DNA of 64,000 nt from Bacteriovoracia bacterium. Lineage in GTDB: Bacteria; Bdellovibrionota; Bacteriovoracia; Bacteriovoracales; Bacteriovoracaceae. The notes beneath the pieces were generated by a model. That model saw only the letters and a program-made list of their open reading frames with translations. It did no database searches and had not been told where the DNA came from. Shown here in pieces: positions 27,486 through 36,504 of the stretch. A program made the translations under genes and the position numbers. The stretch spans positions 1 through 64,000 of the forward strand of contig JBKHVI010000006.1 of the NCBI GenBank assembly GCA_046570105.1. Reading direction: 5' to 3'. Each line of letters opens with the position of its first letter. Position 1 is the stretch's first letter.

Positions 27486-28368
27486 CGAATTTGAAAGACG
27501 CGCTCAGCGAGTTAAAACTCACAAAGAGTTGCGCCATTTTCCTTCCGCTCAAACTGGAGCGAGCTTTAGTGTGCAAACTTGGCGCGCGGAAGGAGTTCAA
27601 CCTGAGAGACAATTATTATTTTTGCATGGAGCTCTCTCTCATGGTGGTCGGCACAGCTCAATGTTTGAATGGTTAATACGTTATTTTGGTGGTCGCTTAG
27701 AAATTCACGCACTGGATTTTGTTGGCCATGGAATTTCATCTGGTGCACGAGCACATATAGAAAAGTTCTCATACTGGGTGGAAGATTTAATTCATCTGCT
27801 GACAGATTTATCTCGAGATCAAGAATTAAGCGTTATGGGCCATTCAATGGGTGGATTAATCGCATTGAAGGCGATGCTTGAGCATGAGGCGCGCATTCCT
27901 GCCAACGTCAAAGCACTTATTTTAAGTAATCCCTGTATTCGGCCAGTTCAGGTGGTAGATTTTCCCAAAGTCGAAAATTTACTGAATGGAATTGCCGACA
28001 AGTTGCCGACCTTTCGCTTTCCGCGAGTTCATAAAGGCCCCATGCTGGTCAATGATGCGGAAGCGGCCAACGCTTTTGAAACAGATCCACTAATTCCTAA
28101 TTTTATCACTGCTCAGATGACTCGAGAGATTTGGTACGCTTCTCAAGAAGTCAGGTCATTGTCTTATTTTCTTAAGCGTCCAACGCTCTTTCTCGTCTCA
28201 GACCAAGATCAAGTGGTTGACCGGGATGCTACTTTGCTTTTCGCTCGTGGTATCGACAAGCATTGGCTTAAGGTCATAGAATATAACAATGTAAAGCATG
28301 AGCTGTTGCATGAAACTATCCGCCAACAAGTCTGGCAGGATGTCGCCTCATGGCTGGAGAACACATGA
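27466..28368 (+). CDS. Lysophospholipase-like alpha/beta hydrolase
   Basis: FLHG, DFVGHG.S.G.RAHI, GHSMGG, D.VV, HELLHE. Confidence 0.85.
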   Translation: MWIRPSNEFERRAQRVKTHKELRHFPSAQTGASFSVQTWRAEGVQPERQLLFLHGALSHGGRHSSMFEWLIRYFGGRLEIHALDFVGHGISSGARAHIEKFSYWVEDLIHLLTDLSRDQELSVMGHSMGGLIALKAMLEHEARIPANVKALILSNPCIRPVQVVDFPKVENLLNGIADKLPTFRFPRVHKGPMLVNDAEAANAFETDPLIPNFITAQMTREIWYASQEVRSLSYFLKRPTLFLVSDQDQVVDRDATLLFARGIDKHWLKVIEYNNVKHELLHETIRQQVWQDVASWLENT

Positions 28369-28898
28369 AGTATTTGATTTTAACAGCTGTTCTATTCATC
28401 ACTTCATGTGCTGCCTATCGCACTTTTAACCAGACGACTGATGGAAAAGTGCGCTTCCCTGGCGGAGTGAAGGGAAGTGAATCATGGGACGATTCCATGT
28501 ATTTCCGCCGCGCCAGTTGGTATCACGGTATGACTCTTTACTACGATGCCCTCATCTACAAGGCCGATGCAAAATCACCTTTCAGTCGATGGTTCTCAGA
28601 TGCTGAAAAAGAATACTTTCAGCGCTGTGATAAGTTGCTCGTAGCAGTCAACTATAGTGCTGACGCCACTAAGATTTCCCACGTTATGTTTCGTGAACAA
28701 ATGCGTGCCAATGGTTATGACGATGTGGTGGTGAATACTTTTGCTTCTTCCGTTAAGACCCATCCCACTTTTCAGGCCTGGAATCTGCAGAACTATAAAA
28801 TTATTGGCTACTGCAAGCGGCAGGCCTCTCGCGTTGGAAATGGCAAAGACCTCTACGTAAGCTTCCCATCTTTTAGTGAACTTAAGATTAAAATATAG
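28365..28898 (+). CDS. Hypothetical lipoprotein
   Basis: Start MKYL overlapping the upstream stop; lipobox ITSC. Confidence 0.6.
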   Translation: MKYLILTAVLFITSCAAYRTFNQTTDGKVRFPGGVKGSESWDDSMYFRRASWYHGMTLYYDALIYKADAKSPFSRWFSDAEKEYFQRCDKLLVAVNYSADATKISHVMFREQMRANGYDDVVVNTFASSVKTHPTFQAWNLQNYKIIGYCKRQASRVGNGKDLYVSFPSFSELKIKI

Positions 28899-28944
28899 TC
28901 TAAATTTCAAGTGGTTAGCTTTCGATTTATCACGCCATATAGAC

Positions 28945-28971
28945 TAAAGAAATCTCAAAAATATCCGATAG
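28945..28971 (+). promoter_or_regulatory. Sigma28-like promoter
   Basis: TAAA-N15-TCCGATAG, 14 nt upstream of the kinase ATG. Confidence 0.55.
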
Positions 28972-28985
28972 GACTTTGAGGTCTT

Positions 28986-30956
28986 ATGGCAGATTCCAAG
29001 TTTGAAAGATTCGGTAAATATCTCATTCTCGACCATTTGGTTGATGGTGGGATGGCAAAAATTTGTCGTGCACGCTATCTGGGCGAGCAGTCGAATAAAA
29101 TTGTCGCGATCAAAATGGTGCAACCACAGTTTTCGCGAGATCCGTCTTTCGTTCGCATGTTCCAAGACGAACTTTCAGTAACGTTTGGTTTGCAACATCC
29201 TAACATTGCCCAAACTTATGACTATGGCAAAGTGAATGATCAACTCTACACCGCCATGGAGTATGTGGATGGCGCAAACTTAAAGCAATTCCTAGATCGT
29301 TTGAAAGATAAGAACTTTGTTTTTCCAGTAGAAATCTCAGTTTATATTATCTCGCAAGTTTGTCAGGGTCTGCATTACGCTCATACCTTTCAAGATAAGT
29401 TGAGTGGTCAGCCGCTCCATATCGTTCACCGAGATATTTCACCTCACAACATCATGCTTACCTATGATGGTGCTGTGAAGGTTATTGACTTTGGTATTGC
29501 GAAATCAAACGCCAACTCTGAAGCCACTCAGGCCGGTACCATTAAAGGTAAATTGTCATATCTAGCTCCAGAGTACCTTGAAGGTCTCGAGCTTGATGCT
29601 CGTTATGATGAGTTCGCGGTAGGTATTACTTTGTGGGAAATGCTTTGCTCACGCAAAATGTTTACCGCTGCTAATGACCTTGCAGTTCTTAAGCAGATTC
29701 AGGCCTGTAAGATTGCTCCACCTTCAAGTATCAATCCAAACGTGCCTAAAGAGCTTGATGCGATTGTTATGAAGGCGCTTTCGAAAGATCGTTCTCAACG
29801 TTTTGAAGATATGGATAAGTTTAACCGTGCTTTGGTTAAATTTCTCTATGCTAAATATCCCGACTTTAACCCATCTGACTTAAGCTACTTTGCAAAAGAA
29901 CTTTTCAAGGATGAGATTAAGCGCGATAAAGACAAGTTCTTTGAATACGGTAAGATTAATGTTCAGCCCTATATCGAAGATATGGAGAAGAACGAATCAG
30001 GTAAGCCAGCGGCCGCTGCTGCTCCTGCTGTCAGTGTAGATGAAGAACCTCAGCGTCAAGAACGTCGCGAAATCGAAATGGATTTGACCGCTGGTGCATC
30101 TACTTCACCAGGCACTAAATCTGCAACAATCGAACTGGCTTCTCCGAGTACCCTCGGTGGTACACGTAAAGTGGCCCGTAACGTGTCAACGCGACCAGGT
30201 AGTAAAACAGAAGTTAACAATAAGACGAGCACTGGTATTCGTCGTGCTCCTGTAAAGTCGGGGACGACGACAGGCAAAACTTCCGTCAAATCCAAAAAAG
30301 AAATGGAAGCTGCTGAGCCAAAACAGGCCAGTGGCCTTACAGTCGTGATCGTATTGGTCGCTTCATTATGTGGTGTTGCTTATTTCCAATCTGATTTTAT
30401 TGAAGAGATGACGGGAATAAATGTTTATAAAATGATCCACGGGGAAGAGTCAGATCGTGGGATTTCATCAGTTTCAAATCCTGTGCCGGATAAGAAACCT
30501 CGTGTGAAGCGTGAGCCAATTCGTGAAGGTGTGATTACTTTAACTGGCGTCTCACTTGAAATGGAAGTTTTTGTTAATGGTGCTAAGACAAGTTACATGA
30601 GTGGTTCACCTCTTAAGGTGCCGTTTGATCAAAGTACGACAATTCTCGTGAAGCGACCTGGCTACAAGAGCTTCATGAAGCCGATTATCTTAACGATTGA
30701 AGAGCCATCGATTCATATTCAGGTACCTGAAATGGCACGTGCCAATACGGGTCTTCTAACTTCGTCTTTAAATTATGGTGCGGGCTCGGTCTTAGTTTTT
30801 GAGGTTGATGGTGAGAAGGTCGAGAGACAGATGCCATTTAAAGACATGTCGATTCCAGAAGGAACTTACTCAGCAGTGGTTAAAAACCCAGTGCTAGGTA
30901 CTGAGAAGGAAGTTCAGTTTACTATTGAGCAAAATAAGATTCAATTGCTCGAATAA
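28986..30956 (+). CDS. Hanks-type Ser/Thr protein kinase with a TM helix and PEGA-like extracytoplasmic domains
   Basis: GGMA, VAIK, HRDISPHN, DFGIAK, GKLSYLAPE; TM VVIVLVASLCGVAYF; VFVNG...VKRPGY. Confidence 0.92.
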   Translation: MADSKFERFGKYLILDHLVDGGMAKICRARYLGEQSNKIVAIKMVQPQFSRDPSFVRMFQDELSVTFGLQHPNIAQTYDYGKVNDQLYTAMEYVDGANLKQFLDRLKDKNFVFPVEISVYIISQVCQGLHYAHTFQDKLSGQPLHIVHRDISPHNIMLTYDGAVKVIDFGIAKSNANSEATQAGTIKGKLSYLAPEYLEGLELDARYDEFAVGITLWEMLCSRKMFTAANDLAVLKQIQACKIAPPSSINPNVPKELDAIVMKALSKDRSQRFEDMDKFNRALVKFLYAKYPDFNPSDLSYFAKELFKDEIKRDKDKFFEYGKINVQPYIEDMEKNESGKPAAAAAPAVSVDEEPQRQERREIEMDLTAGASTSPGTKSATIELASPSTLGGTRKVARNVSTRPGSKTEVNNKTSTGIRRAPVKSGTTTGKTSVKSKKEMEAAEPKQASGLTVVIVLVASLCGVAYFQSDFIEEMTGINVYKMIHGEESDRGISSVSNPVPDKKPRVKREPIREGVITLTGVSLEMEVFVNGAKTSYMSGSPLKVPFDQSTTILVKRPGYKSFMKPIILTIEEPSIHIQVPEMARANTGLLTSSLNYGAGSVLVFEVDGEKVERQMPFKDMSIPEGTYSAVVKNPVLGTEKEVQFTIEQNKIQLLE

Positions 30957-31838
30957 TTACTCTTCGTCTTTCTTTTCCTGAGTCTCATCTCCAAAACGTT
31001 TGCTCTGTTTGAAACGATTTACTTTTCTCATATTGAGAAGTTTAAGAATTTCAGCTGCCGTCTCTTCGAGTGCTTTTCCAGTGACATTAAAAACCGGCCA
31101 GCGCTTATTTTCTGCAAATAAACTATTCGCCCATTCAACTTCATCACTAACCTTATTGAGGTCGGCATATTCACCACCTTTATCAACACCTAAACGCGTA
31201 AGGCGATTACGACGAATTTGATGAAGTGTTTCAGCTTCAATCGTAAGGCAGAAGATTTTTCGCTGATCGATTTGTAGTAACTTCTCTGGAAGAGGCAGAC
31301 CTTTTACGATAGGCACGTTGACTACCTTGAGCCCTTCTAATGAGAGATAGATGGAAAGTGGTGTTTTGGAAGTTCTCGAAATGCCAACCAGAACAACATC
31401 CGCCGATTCAAGGCTTTCAATGTTGCGTCCATCATCATGATTCAAAGTAAATTCAATGGCGGCGACACGACGAAAGTATTCATCGTTGACTGCATGGAGT
31501 AGGCCAGGAACATGACTTGGCTCAGCTTCAAAGAAATTAGAAAACGTTGTGAGCAGTGGTCCCATAAGATCGACTGAGCGAACATGCTCGCGACGGGTAA
31601 GTTCAGCAATATGCTGACGCATCTCAAGAGAGACGATCGTGTACACAATCACATCGTGATGAATGGCGGCTTCTTGGAAAATGGCATCAATCTGCTCTTT
31701 GGTGCGCACATTCTTGTAGCGAGTAAAGAAAATATCCTTGTCTGCGAATTGAGTCATCGCTGCTCGGGTAATCGCTGTGGCCGTTTCACCAGTCCCGTCG
31801 GAGATGACAATGACCTTTAGCTTATCTGTTGCATTCAT
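30957..31838 (-). CDS. ppsR: Pyruvate,water/phosphate dikinase regulatory kinase/pyrophosphorylase (DUF299)
   Basis: ISDGTGETA, YFRRVAAIEF...HDDG, VGISRTSKTPLS.YL, ALEETA. Confidence 0.9.
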   Translation of the reverse strand: MNATDKLKVIVISDGTGETATAITRAAMTQFADKDIFFTRYKNVRTKEQIDAIFQEAAIHHDVIVYTIVSLEMRQHIAELTRREHVRSVDLMGPLLTTFSNFFEAEPSHVPGLLHAVNDEYFRRVAAIEFTLNHDDGRNIESLESADVVLVGISRTSKTPLSIYLSLEGLKVVNVPIVKGLPLPEKLLQIDQRKIFCLTIEAETLHQIRRNRLTRLGVDKGGEYADLNKVSDEVEWANSLFAENKRWPVFNVTGKALEETAAEILKLLNMRKVNRFKQSKRFGDETQEKKDEE

Positions 31839-31951
31839 CAAGTTCGCCTATGATTGATTTTTATTTCTGTTGGATGCCTCTTTGGTTTATCATTTTTACA
31901 TTTATAAGTTAATCGATCTATGAGCGATTTTGATCTGCTGGGAGGCAGCCT

Positions 31952-32980
31952 ATGAAATTTGTGCAAATGACTCTGGTATTATGGATAATTTTAAGCCATG
32001 CCTCGGCCATGGAAGCTCTGCCCAAAGCGGTGCCAATTCCTGCTGATAATCCACAAACACCAATTAAAATTGAGCTTGGTAAGTCACTCTATTTTGACCC
32101 TCGTTTGTCCAAAGATGGAACGGTGTCATGTAACTCGTGTCACAATGTGATGGCCGGTGGCGAAGATGGAAGACCAGTGGGTGTGGGTATCATGGGTCAA
32201 CGTGGAGGGCGCGGATCTCCTACCGTTTGGAACTCAGCTTTTCACACAGTGCAATTCTGGGATGGCCGTGCAGCAAGTCTTGAAGAGCAAGCTAAAGGCC
32301 CTCTGACAAATCCAGTAGAAATGGGAATGGAATCTCATGATGCTGTCATGGAGCGTGTTAAGCGTTTACCAGGATATGTTGCTTTGTTTAAGCGGGCCTT
32401 TCCCAAGGATAAAGAGCCCGTTACTATTGATAATTTAGCAAAAGCGATTGCCAGTTTTGAACGTACACTTGTTACGCCAGACAGTCCTTTTGATCTATAT
32501 AAGCGTGGAAATAAAAAAGCTCTTTCCGCTGCTGCTTTGCGTGGAATGAAATTAGTAGATGAGGTGGGTTGTACCGCCTGTCATACGGGGGCCAACTTTG
32601 CTGGCGAAGGATTTAAAATGGGAGAAGGAAATTACCAGCCTTTCCCGCAAATCCCCGGATCTAAGTACGACAAGCAATACGATCTGTTGAGCGATAAAGG
32701 TCGTTATGAAGTCACTAAGAATAAGGAAGATATCAACAAATGGCGTGTTCCTACATGGAGAAACGTTGCGATCACTGCTCCCTATTTCCACAACGGGAAA
32801 GTGAAGACCTTAGACGAAGCGGTTCGAGTGATGGCAAAGACACAACTTGATGCTGATCTGACGGATGATCAAGTGAAAGACATTGTAGAATTCTTAAATG
32901 CCTTAACGGGAAAATTTCCAAAGATTACCGCTCCTCAGCTTCCGCTGTTAGTGAACGATACTCTTACTCCTGAGAAATAA
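31952..32980 (+). CDS. Di-heme cytochrome c peroxidase
   Basis: LGK.LYFDPRLS...SCNSCH, QFWDGRA..LEEQA.GP..NP.EM, CTACH, VP..RNV..TAPYFHNG. Confidence 0.93.
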   Translation: MKFVQMTLVLWIILSHASAMEALPKAVPIPADNPQTPIKIELGKSLYFDPRLSKDGTVSCNSCHNVMAGGEDGRPVGVGIMGQRGGRGSPTVWNSAFHTVQFWDGRAASLEEQAKGPLTNPVEMGMESHDAVMERVKRLPGYVALFKRAFPKDKEPVTIDNLAKAIASFERTLVTPDSPFDLYKRGNKKALSAAALRGMKLVDEVGCTACHTGANFAGEGFKMGEGNYQPFPQIPGSKYDKQYDLLSDKGRYEVTKNKEDINKWRVPTWRNVAITAPYFHNGKVKTLDEAVRVMAKTQLDADLTDDQVKDIVEFLNALTGKFPKITAPQLPLLVNDTLTPEK

Positions 32981-33890
32981 AATTGTGACATTTCGCCATG
33001 AGGGCTTCGCTCTCATGGCGAGGGTCAAATACAAATTTTTCTTTTTTCTTAAACCATGTTCGTTGAGATTTTGCCAATCTTCGGGTGTTAATCACAATCC
33101 TCTCGATGTAGGCCGCCTGATCCGATCCATATACTCCGTTGAGCCAGTCGAGTGTTTCTTTATAACCTATCGCCTGCAATGGCTTTTCAGTCCCGATAAA
33201 GCCATTTTTTAATAGCGTTTGTACTTCATCGACCAAACCACTTTTTACCATCAGCTCTGTACGGGCCTCAATGATTTTTAAATGATCTTCCTTGGGAAGA
33301 TCGAGGTGAAGATGGAGCACTTGCCAGTGCTGAGGCTTCTGAGGTGAAAAAACATTTCGCTGGAGAGAGAAAGGTGAATGGTGTGTCCAAAAGTGCTCTA
33401 CGGCGCGCCTGATGCGGTAATGATCATTGGCATGTAAACGATGAAAACTTTCGCGATCATTTTTCTCTAAGACTTCCAGGAAGGGCGTTATGCCTTCCTT
33501 AACGTAGAGTTCATCGGATCTTTGGGAAACCTCGAGGGGAGTGGTAGGAGAGTCCCACATTCCTTCTAAGAGTGCCTGTAAGTAAAAGCCAGAGCCACCC
33601 ACCAGCAAAACATTTTTTTTGCGTTGATGGATTTCTTCAATAATAGGAGCCGCCAATTTGGCAAAATCAGCAGCGTTCATAGGCTCAGCAATACTGCAAA
33701 CATTGATAAGATGATGAGGGATATTTGCTTGTTCATCTTTGGTGGGTTTCGCCGTGCCAATTGAGAGCTCGCGGTAAAAAAGAAGCGAATCAAAATTAAC
33801 TATTTCGAGCCCGAATTTTTTTGCCAGAAGAATAGCTTGGCCCGTTTTGCCGGTCGCGGTTGGCCCGGAGAGGACGAGCACCTTGTTCAT
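32964..33890 (-). CDS. miaA: tRNA dimethylallyltransferase
   Basis: GPTATGKT, DS...Y..L.IGTAKP, VGGSGFY, AIGYKE, AK.Q.TWF; downstream of mutL. Confidence 0.95.
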   Translation of the reverse strand: MNKVLVLSGPTATGKTGQAILLAKKFGLEIVNFDSLLFYRELSIGTAKPTKDEQANIPHHLINVCSIAEPMNAADFAKLAAPIIEEIHQRKKNVLLVGGSGFYLQALLEGMWDSPTTPLEVSQRSDELYVKEGITPFLEVLEKNDRESFHRLHANDHYRIRRAVEHFWTHHSPFSLQRNVFSPQKPQHWQVLHLHLDLPKEDHLKIIEARTELMVKSGLVDEVQTLLKNGFIGTEKPLQAIGYKETLDWLNGVYGSDQAAYIERIVINTRRLAKSQRTWFKKKEKFVFDPRHESEALMAKCHNFISQE

Positions 33891-35500
33891 AGCTTTTTAC
33901 CGAACAGGAGTGGGGAAATGGTTTGAGAAATTTGAGGTGCTTCCTTGGTCGATTCGCTGAGGGCGTTCCATATCTCCTCCCATTTGTGGACTGAGATTTC
34001 ATGAAAATCGATCGACGGTACATCTTGATTTAACACCATCGGAAGCAAGACTGAGAGAGGAATGCCTTGTGACCAAGTCGGTATTTCTCTGACGACATGA
34101 AAATTAGTTTCGAGAGAATCAATTTCAAAACCGGTCTGATTCAATCGTGCCAATGTCATGGCAGAGATATCTGTGTTTCTAAGCGGATGACTTACAAGTA
34201 AAGGAGTGCGTGTTGAACTGTCGGCATTTTGAGTTTTCACCCATGCTACGAGGAGTTCGCGGCCATCAATATAAGTAGGTGAATTTTTTTGAGGTAGTTG
34301 CCAAATAAAATAGGGGCCTTTTTCTGAATGCAGCAGGCGAGGCCCGATACTCAGTTCAAACTCTTCAGTCGAGTTCATGCGTTGCATATGGCCGGCATAG
34401 CTCTCGGCTCGGTCGCGCCCTAAATCAACTGAGTAGGATGGAGCAGGCAAATTGAACTCAGTCATCTTTTCGGTAGGTGCTACGTTTTGTGGAAGTGCTT
34501 CACGCAGAGTCGCCGTAACAAGAGAGAGAATCTCACCCATCTGATGAAATTTAACCATCGTCTTGTTAGGATGAACGTTCACATCGATTTGATCACCGGG
34601 CACATCGAGTTGGATCAGGATGGTGGGTGTTTCCGGTAAGACCAGTTTTTCGAGAATCTGTTGTGAAACACGAATATAGGCCTTATCTAAAACAGGGCGT
34701 TTATTGATAATCACATGCTCGATGGGACCTTGAGCTTTTGATCCTTGTTGGAAAATCGTAAGAACATGACAAGTAAGTCCCTGCCATTCACGACGGGCCT
34801 CATGAATGCGTACTCGCTCTTGTGCTTTGCTGGAGAAGAATTGACGAATTCTTTCAAGAGAAGTGTTTGTCGATGGATAAATAAGTCGCTCATCTTGATC
34901 CCACTGTAGAGAAAAACCGACAGTTGGATAGGTTATCGCGAAGGCGTAAAAGAATTTTTTTAACCAATTCTTTTCACTGGTGGCCGATTGTAGAAATTTC
35001 AATCGTGCTGGTGTGTTAAAAAATAAATCCTGCACAGTCATAATCGTGCCGTGATCTTTGCCACTTTTATTGACCGAGAGTACTTCGCCTTGCATTCCGC
35101 CTTCAAAGCGCAGACTGGCTCCTGTTTTGGATTCTTGTGTCCAAGAAACGCACTCAAGTCGTGCGACACTGGCAATTGAGGGAAGGGCCTCTCCACGAAA
35201 TCCAAACGAGCTAAGACGGTAGAGATCTTCAAAGCGATTAATCTTTGAGGTGGCATGACGGCCAAAAGCGACCGCCAACTCACTGGCCGGTATGCCACTG
35301 CCATTGTCACTGACACGTAAAAGTGTGAGTCCGTTGTCTTTTATTTCGATATCGATTTGCGTGGCACCCGCATCGAGCGCATTTTCAAGCAGCTCTTTTA
35401 AGACGTTGGCCGGGCGTTCAATAACTTCTCCCGCTTTGATTTGATCAATCAAATGCTCCGGGAGAAGACGAATAGGATTTCTTGCGGGTGTCGCAGTCAC
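33887..35500 (-). CDS. mutL: DNA mismatch repair protein MutL with a short, divergent C-terminus
   Basis: QIKAGEVIERPA.VLKELLENALDAGA, RHATSKI, GFRGEALPSI, DLFFNTPAR, DVNVHPNK. Confidence 0.92.
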   Translation of the reverse strand: MTATPARNPIRLLPEHLIDQIKAGEVIERPANVLKELLENALDAGATQIDIEIKDNGLTLLRVSDNGSGIPASELAVAFGRHATSKINRFEDLYRLSSFGFRGEALPSIASVARLECVSWTQESKTGASLRFEGGMQGEVLSVNKSGKDHGTIMTVQDLFFNTPARLKFLQSATSEKNWLKKFFYAFAITYPTVGFSLQWDQDERLIYPSTNTSLERIRQFFSSKAQERVRIHEARREWQGLTCHVLTIFQQGSKAQGPIEHVIINKRPVLDKAYIRVSQQILEKLVLPETPTILIQLDVPGDQIDVNVHPNKTMVKFHQMGEILSLVTATLREALPQNVAPTEKMTEFNLPAPSYSVDLGRDRAESYAGHMQRMNSTEEFELSIGPRLLHSEKGPYFIWQLPQKNSPTYIDGRELLVAWVKTQNADSSTRTPLLVSHPLRNTDISAMTLARLNQTGFEIDSLETNFHVVREIPTWSQGIPLSVLLPMVLNQDVPSIDFHEISVHKWEEIWNALSESTKEAPQISQTISPLLFGKKL

Positions 35501-36408
35501 GCTTTAAAGAAGTTGACCTGATTACGGCCACCTTCTTTGGATTTATAGACTGCTGAATCGGCGCGCTTAAATAAATCGGTGCCGGTGTTAATACCTTGGC
35601 GATAATCAGCGACACCAATACTGGCGGTAACTGGCAAACGTTTGCCATCATAGATGAATTCGTATTTCTCAATCATTTTGCGAAGGCGTTCAGCAATCTC
35701 AAAACCTTGCTTGAGGTTGGTATTAGGGAGAAGAATACAGAACTCTTCACCACCATAACGAGCGACGATATCGCCTTGGCGAATACCTTGTTCACGAATC
35801 AGACGAGATTTTTCTTTGAGAACGAAATCTCCAGCATCATGTCCGTAGTTATCATTGAGCTTCTTGAAGTGATCAAGATCAAAAATGATAAGCGTCAGGG
35901 GTTTTCCTGTCACTTTGCATTTCTTGACTTCATTCTCAAGAGCATCGTTGAAATAGCGCTTGTTATAAACTTTGGTAAGTCCATCAGTATTGGCTTCTTC
36001 ATGAAGCTTATCGTAAGTCAGGCGCTCAGGATCTCCCTTAGGAAGATACTTTAGGGCGACGGCTCCAACCTTAATCATGTCGCCACGAGAAAGCGGGGCA
36101 CTGCCTTCGACTTTTTTATTATTCAGATAAGTTCCGTTGGCAGAACCTAGGTCTTGCAAAACAACATTGCCATCTTCGCTGACGAGAATGGTGAAATGCT
36201 TGCGAGAGATACCTTGAAAATCGAGAGGGACTTGGCAGTCGGGATTTCTTCCCGCCACAGTTTCACCCGGCATGAGATCAAAGATGGAACCGTTAAGATC
36301 ACCACCCACCACGAGTAGGCAGGCAGGTTTGGCTTCAGCTTCTTTCTCTGAAGCTGAAAGCGCAGCTTTGATATCACGGATGACTACGGTAGCGTTGTCG
36401 TCACTCAT
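35497..36408 (-). CDS. FHA-GGDEF diguanylate cyclase (DgcB-like)
   Basis: Start MSDDN after GGAG; FHA motifs GR, SRKH, DLGSANGT; DLDHFK..ND.YGH..GD and RYGGEEF with an RxxD I-site (RQGD). Confidence 0.92.
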   Translation of the reverse strand: MSDDNATVVIRDIKAALSASEKEAEAKPACLLVVGGDLNGSIFDLMPGETVAGRNPDCQVPLDFQGISRKHFTILVSEDGNVVLQDLGSANGTYLNNKKVEGSAPLSRGDMIKVGAVALKYLPKGDPERLTYDKLHEEANTDGLTKVYNKRYFNDALENEVKKCKVTGKPLTLIIFDLDHFKKLNDNYGHDAGDFVLKEKSRLIREQGIRQGDIVARYGGEEFCILLPNTNLKQGFEIAERLRKMIEKYEFIYDGKRLPVTASIGVADYRQGINTGTDLFKRADSAVYKSKEGGRNQVNFFKA

Positions 36409-36504
36409 CACTTTCTCCAAATACGAACGATCAGATCATCAAAGTATTGTAATCCTGAGGCCCGCGACATTCAAGACGCGAGTAACAGGTAGACCACTTA
36501 TCGG

